Shown here piece after piece: positions 16,629-23,179 of a stretch of 24,819 nt of DNA. The DNA comes from a virus. Lineage: Duplodnaviria; Caudoviricetes. A model generated the notes under the pieces. It saw only the letters and a list, made by a program, of their open reading frames with translations. It did no database searches and had not been told where the DNA came from. A program made the position numbers and the translations under genes. Numbering within the stretch: the stretch's first letter is position 1; every line of letters begins with the position of its first letter. The stretch is from positions 1 through 24,819 of the IMG/VR virus record IMGVR_UViG_3300049725_000010; one strand, written 5' to 3'.

Positions 16629-17480
16629 CTATTCTTGTTCTGCGTAATCTACGTCGAATTGCGGCAATGCCACGCAGCGACAAAGAATTGACTCGCCAGG
16701 ATGGCATGGGCTACCGTCAACATCGTCGGCCACCGGCCCAGGCTCATCGAAGCTGAACACTTGCCCGTCGACCTCGGCGTGCGACTCGCGCACCCGCTCG
16801 TCCCCGCTCGTCTGCCACTCGTACCGAGTGACGCCAACGTCCTGCATGCGCACGCGCGCGAAGGCGCTGTTCATCTTCGCCGTCTGGTCCCGCGCAATGA
16901 CCTTGATCCGCGACTCGGTCACGTCCCCAACGTCATCGAGCACGCCAGCGATGCTTTCCCACCGGCGCCCTTGTTCCCATGCTTCGGTGATAGCCGCGCC
17001 CAGCTTGCCTAGGTACTCCTCGGGCACCGACTGAATCAGCGAGACGTTCCACTGCTGGTACTTGCGCAGCTCAGATGCGATCTTCCCGTGGTCGCTAAGG
17101 GCCGAGTGAATGTCGACCCCCACGCTCTGATGAATGACAGCCGCCGTTCGCGCGTCCGCGTGCCCCAGGCTCCTCAGCGTTGCCGCCTTGGCAAGCTTGT
17201 GCGACAGAATGTCAATCCCGCCGAATCGCCGTGACAGATTGGCGATGTACTCGTCCACCGGCGAAGCGTCGTGGACAGCGGGCCAGTGCGGGGCCAGGCT
17301 GGACAGGCCGGCCCGGGCCGCGTTGTCGAGGGCGTTCACGATGTGATGGAGCTGCTCGCGATACCAGAGCTCGGCTTTGTGATCTGGCCTAACCGCGCGC
17401 ATCTTGCGACCCACGCGCCGACGCAGCCTCGCAATATGTGGGTGGGGCTGGATGTGCAGGGCTAGGTTCAGTGTTGGCAC
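16629..17480 (-). CDS. Head morphogenesis protein (MuF / SPP1 gp7-like)
   Basis: NVSLIQSVP, RIKVIARDQTAKMN, YEWQTSGDERVRESH..VDG.VF and HPGESILCRCVALP motifs; the GTG start is uncertain. Confidence 0.92.
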   Translation of the reverse strand: MPTLNLALHIQPHPHIARLRRRVGRKMRAVRPDHKAELWYREQLHHIVNALDNAARAGLSSLAPHWPAVHDASPVDEYIANLSRRFGGIDILSHKLAKAATLRSLGHADARTAAVIHQSVGVDIHSALSDHGKIASELRKYQQWNVSLIQSVPEEYLGKLGAAITEAWEQGRRWESIAGVLDDVGDVTESRIKVIARDQTAKMNSAFARVRMQDVGVTRYEWQTSGDERVRESHAEVDGQVFSFDEPGPVADDVDGSPCHPGESILCRCVALPQFDVDYAEQE

Positions 17481-17515
17481 GTACTAGGGCTAGTGTGCCC
17501 AAAAAGTCTGGCGTT

Positions 17516-17528
17516 TGACAGATTGTCA
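17516..17528. promoter_or_regulatory. Palindromic candidate operator TGACA-GAT-TGTCA in the divergent intergenic region
   Basis: Perfect 5-3-5 inverted repeat overlapping a TTGACA hexamer at 17515-17520, between the divergent MuF and HTH starts. Confidence 0.4.
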
Positions 17529-17565
17529 TTGACTTCGGGCCAGATTGGCAGGCTGAAGATATTTG

Positions 17566-17593
17566 TTGCATGTTCTTTGATAAGGGTGATAGT
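17566..17593 (+). promoter_or_regulatory. Possible sigma70-type promoter for the plus-strand cassette
   Basis: TTGCAT-16 nt-GATAGT in a locally AT-rich stretch, ending 12 nt before ATG 17606; imperfect match. Confidence 0.3.
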
Positions 17594-17605
17594 TTGGCGG
17601 GCACG

Positions 17606-17821
17606 ATGAAACTACGAAACGTCGCCGTTCTACCCGACACGCTACGCGCCCGCATTTCTTCCCTGGTGGAAGCAAAAGGCGTCGGACAGGCAGCCAAGTT
17701 CCTCGGCATTTCGCGCCATGCCATGGAACGCGCCGCCATGGGGGCAACGATTCACCTTGGGACGGCGGCCTACTTGACGCAGCAGATAGCGGCGCGGGAC
17801 GCGGAGGGGAAGAACCCTTGA
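17606..17821 (+). CDS. Small helix-turn-helix (Cro-like) protein, 71 aa
   Basis: GVGQAAKFLGISRHAMERAAMG fits an HTH pattern; ATG 17606 preferred over the longer track start; first gene of the divergent cassette. Confidence 0.7.
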   Translation: MKLRNVAVLPDTLRARISSLVEAKGVGQAAKFLGISRHAMERAAMGATIHLGTAAYLTQQIAARDAEGKNP

Positions 17822-18096
17822 CTGAATACGTCTCCTACGTCGTGCTTGCACTCTTCATCTTCGCCATTCTCTTTGCCCAGCGCTGGAAGCAGGCACCCGC
17901 AATCATCTGCCCGCACTGCCGACATACGGGCGGGGTCAAGTTGCGCGAGCGCAAGCGCAAGACAGGTCTCAGCGGCGGCAAGGTTGTCGGCGGGCTCCTC
18001 ACGGGCGGGATATCCCTGCTCGCTACCGGCATCTCGCGTAACGCTAGCGCGACCGAGTGCCGGTGTAGCGTTTGCGAGACTACGTGGTGGATGTAG
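17818..18096 (+). CDS. Membrane-anchored Zn-ribbon protein, 92 aa
   Basis: N-terminal hydrophobic helix YVVLALFIFAILFA; CPHC and CSVC pairs flank a Gly-rich hydrophobic segment GLSGGKVVGGLLTGGISLLATG; TTGA overlap with the HTH gene. Confidence 0.75.
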   Translation: MTEYVSYVVLALFIFAILFAQRWKQAPAIICPHCRHTGGVKLRERKRKTGLSGGKVVGGLLTGGISLLATGISRNASATECRCSVCETTWWM

Positions 18097-18120
18097 CCGC
18101 CCATGCGATCCTGGAGCATC

Positions 18121-18261
18121 ATGTCCTCGATATGTGCGGACGCTGACCTGGAAGTGGTTCGCGCAGCGGTGGCCAGATGGATGGCGAAGGCCACGACAGA
18201 GGAGGCCAAGATCCTCCTCCAAGAAGTGCTCCGTGAGTGTGAAGAGAACATCTGCGAGTGA
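18121..18261 (+). CDS. Hypothetical 46-aa protein (below the ORF track cutoff)
   Basis: GGAG before ATG 18121; MSSICADADLEVVRAAVARWMAKATTEEAKILLQEVLRECEENICE*; amphipathic helical pattern. Confidence 0.55.
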   Translation: MSSICADADLEVVRAAVARWMAKATTEEAKILLQEVLRECEENICE

Positions 18262-18277
18262 AGACTTGACCCGAGGC

Positions 18278-18439
18278 ATGGGTATGAAGCGCGTGAACGT
18301 TGTCGAGACTCCCGAGGCTACCGAGAAGAAAAAGCCAACCTACGAGGAGTTGGTGGCCGCCCTGAAGGCCGTGCTGGACGAATACGACGGGCCAGAACAT
18401 GAGAAAGCTCGCGCCCTAGTCGCTAAGGCCGAAGGCTGA
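18278..18439 (+). CDS. Hypothetical 53-aa protein
   Basis: GAGG before ATG 18278/18284; ...PTYEELVAALKAVLDEYDGPEHEKARALVAKAEG; resembles common small phage proteins ending LL.AL...ARA.IAKAEG. Confidence 0.6.
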   Translation: MGMKRVNVVETPEATEKKKPTYEELVAALKAVLDEYDGPEHEKARALVAKAEG

Positions 18440-18441
18440 CC

Positions 18442-18684
18442 GTGCGCGTCTACGTTCTCTTCGATTCGAGCCACTGCATCTTCGTGAAGGCCGAGGAAGA
18501 CTTTGGCCTGTGGTTCGTCGAAACGCTGCGCCCCTGGGCGTCCGAGCACAAATCGGCCGTTTGGGGCTGGAACTTGGTCGCGCACGGGCCTGCCGAAGGA
18601 TGGGCCGGCGCTCCCCCTCTGTCGTCGTCGGGGTTCAATGCGTTACTGCCAGATGAGGCGCCGAAGTTCCGCGGCGCTGGCTAG
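18442..18684 (+). CDS. Hypothetical 80-aa protein
   Basis: GTG start 2 nt after the previous stop; fills the gap to the convergent gene; Trp-rich; no recognised family. Confidence 0.45.
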   Translation: MRVYVLFDSSHCIFVKAEEDFGLWFVETLRPWASEHKSAVWGWNLVAHGPAEGWAGAPPLSSSGFNALLPDEAPKFRGAG

Positions 18685-20210
18685 GCCAGAATCAGGTTTC
18701 CGCTAGCCCTGGACGCCACGACGACGCAGCTTCGCGACTGCGATACAACGCGCTTCATCGGTCCGGTGTAATTGAAGCATTCAATCAAGAAGCGCGTCGC
18801 GGAGAGAATGGTCATGCTCGGCTGAGTCGCAACTTTCAGAAGGACGGCGGGCCGCGCGGACGCCCGAACCATCGACGCGAGCGCCTCAGCCAGCGCCATG
18901 GCCTCTCCTGCGCCTACGACCATCCCTGCCTGGCCCGAGAGCGCCTCGGCGAGGGCAAGACCATCCGCCAAGGCGGACGATGTCAGTCGAGCAGCCTGCA
19001 AGGCCTCCACCAGAGCCGCTGTCTCATTGGTGAGCGCGTTGGCCACGTAGATGGCCCCGTGGCTTTCGGCCAGCCCCAGCGATTCGCCAAGGACAGTAAT
19101 CGTCAGATTTCTGGTAACGAGCGATTCGATTAGGGAAACGCCTTCGGCGGGACTCGCCGAGAATGCCAGGCCAGCCAGGACGCTTTCTGCCAACGTCGCA
19201 ACTTCAGCCAACGCTGAGACAAGCCTGGCGGCCGGCGAGACCGACTCGGAAAGTGACGTCGTCTCCGCAGCGGCAATCAGGGCGGCGTAACTGGTACCGA
19301 AAGATTCTGTTAGCGCAGTGCTCTCGTTGACGCTGCTGGTCGTGCTTCTGAATGCGCCCAGGGTTTCCGCCAGCGAGGAGGCCTCCGCCGGGCCGGCTAG
19401 TAGGCGTCCAATCGCAGCAAGAGATTCCGCCACCAGCGATGCCTCTGAACACGCGGCGGCGGTGCCGTAAGCGGTGGCCTGGCTCTCTGCTAACGTCATG
19501 CCCTCCGCCACGCCGGCGCCGAACGACAAGCCAGCCGTCGTGGATTCTGCCAGGGTGATGAATTCAGACGGCAATGCGGAGAGCAGCAGTCCAACCGTCG
19601 CGCCCTCCGACAGCCCGAGCGCTTCGGCCAACGCATGCACGGCCCTGAAAGTCGCGGTGGCGCTTTCGGACAACGTTACCGACTCAGCCGGCGCAACCGC
19701 GCTCGTAAATAGCGCCGCCAGCGCCTCGCCGAGTGCCACCGCCTCACTCGCACCCACTGACATCACAAGATGCTGTGCTACGGCTTCCGCGAGCGCCGTG
19801 CTTTCCGAAATGCCCGGCACGGCAGACAGCACCGACGCCAGCGACTCAGCGAGGGCAACGCTTTCGCTGACCGAGGGGTTCACCTGGAGGTTGCTGGCCA
19901 GGGATTCTGCCAGCCCGAGCGATTCGGCCATGGAAGCCGCAAGGCTGAGACCGGCGGCTAGCGATTCGGCGAGTGTGAGCGATTCAGCGCACGCAGCGGC
20001 GTCGGTGGCGGTTGCGCCGGTCGTTTCGCCCAGCGCGACAGCTTCGGCCAGCGTTGTGGCGTCCCATGTGATGGGAGCGCCCCATGCGGGGTCGGGAACG
20101 TCGACGGCTACGAGATTGGGATCGTAACTCGGAGGCTCAACGCTGCTCGGCTCTTGCCCCAGCGGGCCTCCACCTGTCGGCGCGGCGCCTGTGCCGACTA
20201 TGTAGCTCAT
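18681..20210 (-). CDS. 509-aa repeat protein (20 x 20-aa repeats); candidate fibre ruler or core
   Basis: Residues 55-454 parse without gaps into 20 units of 20 aa; co-oriented with and tightly packed against the upstream structural genes. Confidence 0.85.
   Translation of the reverse strand: MSYIVGTGAAPTGGGPLGQEPSSVEPPSYDPNLVAVDVPDPAWGAPITWDATTLAEAVALGETTGATATDAAACAESLTLAESLAAGLSLAASMAESLGLAESLASNLQVNPSVSESVALAESLASVLSAVPGISESTALAEAVAQHLVMSVGASEAVALGEALAALFTSAVAPAESVTLSESATATFRAVHALAEALGLSEGATVGLLLSALPSEFITLAESTTAGLSFGAGVAEGMTLAESQATAYGTAAACSEASLVAESLAAIGRLLAGPAEASSLAETLGAFRSTTSSVNESTALTESFGTSYAALIAAAETTSLSESVSPAARLVSALAEVATLAESVLAGLAFSASPAEGVSLIESLVTRNLTITVLGESLGLAESHGAIYVANALTNETAALVEALQAARLTSSALADGLALAEALSGQAGMVVGAGEAMALAEALASMVRASARPAVLLKVATQPSMTILSATRFLIECFNYTGPMKRVVSQSRSCVVVASRASGNLILA
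18849..20048 (-). repeat. Degenerate coding tandem repeat, 60-bp period, 20 copies; consensus [AS]-E-[SAG]-x-x-L-[AS]-E-[SA]-x11
   Basis: For example AESLTLAESLAAGLSLAASM / AESLGLAESLASNLQVNPSV / SESVALAESLASVLSAVPGI ... GEAMALAEALASMVRASARP; acidic residue at positions 2 and 8 in all 20 units. Confidence 0.95.
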
Positions 20211-20214
20211 GGGG

Positions 20215-20661
20215 CTACTCGTCCCAGGTGACGTAACCGTTCAGCACGGAATTGGTCGAGCCGCTTTCGTTCCAGAGCACCAGATAGTCCGTCTTGGTCC
20301 CGTTGCGGATGAGCAGCGGCACGGGGAACGTCCAGATGAGGCCGGCGCCGATGGTGGCAGGAAGCTGCCCGCGGCGAATGCGACTCGCGGCCGTGATGGT
20401 GGGGGCCGTGCTCCAAGCGGTTCCAATCACGCCCGTTCCGGCGACGTCCGCAGGGTTGAACGCCTGGCCGGCGCTGGTGGCGGCGTTGTTGGCCTCGCCG
20501 CTGGCGGTGTTGCGCAGTAGCGAAACGCCCGATGCCGTGGCGGCGTTGCAGAAACAGCCAATCTCCACCACGTATAGGTTGCGGGTGGGGGCCTCAATGG
20601 TGGCGATGGGCGCGCCTGCCCCCGTGGCGGTGCTGACAAAACCAATGGAATAGCGAGGCAT
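20215..20661 (-). CDS. Hypothetical beta-rich virion-type protein, 148 aa
   Basis: Ala/Thr/Gly-rich, alternating beta-strand patterns (NLYVVEIG, LIWTFP, YLVLWN, GYVTWDE); operonic spacing. Confidence 0.8.
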   Translation of the reverse strand: MPRYSIGFVSTATGAGAPIATIEAPTRNLYVVEIGCFCNAATASGVSLLRNTASGEANNAATSAGQAFNPADVAGTGVIGTAWSTAPTITAASRIRRGQLPATIGAGLIWTFPVPLLIRNGTKTDYLVLWNESGSTNSVLNGYVTWDE

Positions 20662-20667
20662 GGCGGC

Positions 20668-21195
20668 CTAGCTGAGCGTCAGCGTGAACGTGACGGCGAG
20701 CTGGTCTCCCACCTGAAGCGCCCGCTGCGTGAACGCCAGCGCGTGGTTCATCGTACCGGCGCTGGATGCCGAGAAAAGCGCCGCCTTCTGGGCGGACTGC
20801 GCGCCCGTGGAACACGTGAACGTCTTGCTGATGGTGGCGGTGCTTTGGCCAGCCGTATGCGCGTAGGCGCCGATGGCACGAGCGAGCCCGTTGGCCGCAA
20901 TCTCGGTCGAGAGCGTCGTGCTGGCGGTGTTTTCGGTCAAGGTGTCGTTTGACAGCGCGATGTAGTTGAGGCCGTTCGCCTGCGCGCCGGTCCCGTAGCA
21001 CTGCGCGAACATGAAGTCGATACCGGCCGTAGTCTTGACGTTCAGGTCTCGTTCTTCCCAGATGACCTTGCCGTCGCGAATATGTTGGATGTGCCCGACG
21101 GCCCGCGCGACCTTCACGCCTTCGTCTAAGAGAGCGCAGCATCGAGAACAACAGGCCAGTGTTTCACGCCCCTGAGTCTTGTCTTGCATGTTCAT
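20668..21195 (-). CDS. Putative fibre subunit, 175 aa (reminiscent of tail-collar fibre / DUF3751-like beta-sandwich)
   Basis: NVKTTAGIDF...NYIALS......STTLSTEI...AR...ISKTF...AALF....GTM...F....L..GDQL.VTFTL pattern; strong TAAGGAG ribosome-binding site 5 nt upstream. Confidence 0.7.
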   Translation of the reverse strand: MNMQDKTQGRETLACCSRCCALLDEGVKVARAVGHIQHIRDGKVIWEERDLNVKTTAGIDFMFAQCYGTGAQANGLNYIALSNDTLTENTASTTLSTEIAANGLARAIGAYAHTAGQSTATISKTFTCSTGAQSAQKAALFSASSAGTMNHALAFTQRALQVGDQLAVTFTLTLS

Positions 21196-21207
21196 CCAAT
21201 CTCCTTA

Positions 21208-21522
21208 TCAATCAAACTCGCCAACAACATTGAAGGACGTAACCTCTCCGCGTATCTGCCCTCCGCTGACGGTATGGGTGGGATAGCAGCGGTACGTGCC
21301 GATGACGTCAACGTCACCCACGGCAAATTGATGCGTGATGGTCAATGTCGTCTGCGTCTGAGAGGATAACGTCACGGGCCAGACGACGGTGACGCCGGTC
21401 GGCTTTTGGCACACGATGACCGACGATGTCACCGCGGACATATCCGGGAGAGCATCACTCGGAATGCATAACATGACCAGAGACTGAGGGGCGACGGCGT
21501 TTATGTGGAGGAACGTGGACAT
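21208..21522 (-). CDS. Hypothetical 104-aa Ig-like / BppU-like adaptor protein
   Basis: QKPTG..V.W, ITHQF..GDVDVIGTY and G....G....F.V pattern recalls BppU-N-like domains; immediately downstream of the portal gene. Confidence 0.6.
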   Translation of the reverse strand: MSTFLHINAVAPQSLVMLCIPSDALPDMSAVTSSVIVCQKPTGVTVVWPVTLSSQTQTTLTITHQFAVGDVDVIGTYRCYPTHTVSGGQIRGEVTSFNVVGEFD

Positions 21523-21537
21523 CTTCCGGGTCTACGC

Positions 21538-23091
21538 CTATTCGTTCGGGTCCACCGTGCCAACTGGAGCCGCAGGTTTCTCAGTGCCAATTGGTTGCGG
21601 CGGCTTAGCTCCCTTGCCGAGTAGCGCCGCTGCTTGCTCTGGAGTCTGCTGCGCTTGCTGATCCATCTCGACTGCCATGTCGACGTCGTCATCTTCCATC
21701 GTGGCATAGGTACCGTCATTCTTGAGCTGCCGAGCGAGGAGCCCACCCGTCACGGCCCCGCAATCGAAGTAGGTCTTGTCCCGGTTCGCGTGGTTCAACC
21801 CTATCTGGCTCTTTTCTAGTTCGGTCTGCTGCCACAGCGGGCGGAACGTGAATTCGAATCCGTCTGGCATGCGACCCAGCTCGTTGCGAATGATGACCTC
21901 AAGAAGAACGGCCAGTCTCGGGCGGAGGTCAATCTCCATGCGGCTCATGACGTCGTCGTAGTAATTGCGGATATCGCTGTCGCCGGTGGCGTTCAGGCCC
22001 GCGGGCGCCTGCCCAAATAGGCGCGTGACCGGGTAGCTACTGGCCCCCGCCACGTCCAACATGATCTTTTCCCAGATGCGATCTAGGCCAGAGAACTGGA
22101 ATGGCTTGCGGTCGTAGTCCTCTTTCTCCTTGTCGATAACCATGATCCTGTTATTCGACTTCATCGCCGCGATCATGGCGTAGCGTTCCTGAAGCGCGGC
22201 TATACCGCCTGCTGTCGTAAGCGCCTTTGTGATCCCGTTGGCCTTCAGAACGTCAACGTTGGCCTCGAAGATCAAACTGGCGATGTTGCTGGTGGTGCTA
22301 TCGTAGCTGCGCAGCACTTCGATCACGGCCTGCAGCTCGCTGTCGTGCCACATGGCATTTGACCGCCACGTGATCCAGGGGACCAGCGCGCCGTCGAAAC
22401 GAACAACCTTCGTCCAGTTGACCTGCGTGCCGTTCTCGCCCGTCTCGGAAGCTGCGATCACGTGCTCGACCGGCTTCCCAGCATTCGGCGAAGCGATGTC
22501 GCTGTCGATGACGCCGCCATGGTTTGCGCGCCATCGGTCGAAAACATGCAGGTAGCGAAGCTTCCCCTTTCCGAACTGCTCGAAGTTGATCAGCCCGTCC
22601 ACGACCGGCAGGGGCTTCTTCATGTCGTCGCAGCCCAGGGTGATGACACTGCCGCCGTAGAGGTTCGACCAGTAAAGCGCCTCACGCAGCTTCGGGATCA
22701 ACCCCCATCGCGTGATTGCGCGCTTGACCGCGTCCACGTCATCGCTGTTCTTGTCGTGGCCGTCCCAGTCCAAATCGAACCCGGCTCTAAGCATGTCGTC
22801 GGCGCGAGCCCGCACAATCTTGCGAGCCAGCCAGCTTGAACGGTAGAGGTTCGTCAACGACTGCCAATTTTCCGTGATAGCAAATGCCCACTGGGACGCC
22901 CGCGCCTTGTCGGCGAGTCCTCCTAGCCCCGACATCCAATTGACGATGCTGTCGTAGGCGTGGCGAACTTCCGAGGGTGCATCCTCGGCAGGGACGGGAT
23001 AGGGAGACATCGACCGCCCTGCCGAGGGCTGCCTTACGCTACCTGCGGCTTTGCTGCTATGGCTGTCACGCGCTCGTCGCTTCGTTGGCAC
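21538..23091 (-). CDS. Portal protein (DUF1073-like)
   Basis: DSIVNWMSGLG, LYRSSWLARKIV...ADDMLR, LYGGS, SLIFEANVDV, VAGASSYPVTRLFGQAPAGLNATGDSDIRNYYD and FTFRPLWQ motifs; follows the terminase. Confidence 0.93.
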   Translation of the reverse strand: MPTKRRARDSHSSKAAGSVRQPSAGRSMSPYPVPAEDAPSEVRHAYDSIVNWMSGLGGLADKARASQWAFAITENWQSLTNLYRSSWLARKIVRARADDMLRAGFDLDWDGHDKNSDDVDAVKRAITRWGLIPKLREALYWSNLYGGSVITLGCDDMKKPLPVVDGLINFEQFGKGKLRYLHVFDRWRANHGGVIDSDIASPNAGKPVEHVIAASETGENGTQVNWTKVVRFDGALVPWITWRSNAMWHDSELQAVIEVLRSYDSTTSNIASLIFEANVDVLKANGITKALTTAGGIAALQERYAMIAAMKSNNRIMVIDKEKEDYDRKPFQFSGLDRIWEKIMLDVAGASSYPVTRLFGQAPAGLNATGDSDIRNYYDDVMSRMEIDLRPRLAVLLEVIIRNELGRMPDGFEFTFRPLWQQTELEKSQIGLNHANRDKTYFDCGAVTGGLLARQLKNDGTYATMEDDDVDMAVEMDQQAQQTPEQAAALLGKGAKPPQPIGTEKPAAPVGTVDPNE

Positions 23092-23179
23092 TCCCCCTAT
23101 GGTGCCAGCGTCCGCGTCAACACTCTAGCGCGCATGAGGGGCAGGAAGAACTTTTCTGCCACATGCTGTATGATACAAG

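Noticed and set aside
16629-17480. MuF-fused polymorphic toxin
   Set aside because: The protein ends about 13 residues after CRC, leaving no C-terminal toxin domain.
17846-18277. Upstream part of the 197-aa plus-strand ORF
   Set aside because: Low-complexity Ser/Arg/Ala sequence overlapping two better ORFs in other frames; only the last 53 codons have an SD and a protein-like pattern.
18849-20048. 60-bp periodicity as a possible CRISPR array or DNA-level repeat element
   Set aside because: No identical direct repeats with unique spacers; conservation is at the amino-acid level within one open frame.
19474-20127. 217-aa plus-strand ORF with Ser/Ala/Asp repeats
   Set aside because: Antisense shadow of the 20-aa repeat gene; its periodicity simply mirrors the minus-strand codons.
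23092-23179. Shared late-promoter motif upstream of portal and MuF (GAC...TGG.CAC..TAG before GTG starts)
   Set aside because: The similarity is short and gapped with only two instances, so it cannot be distinguished from chance without motif statistics or start-site data.
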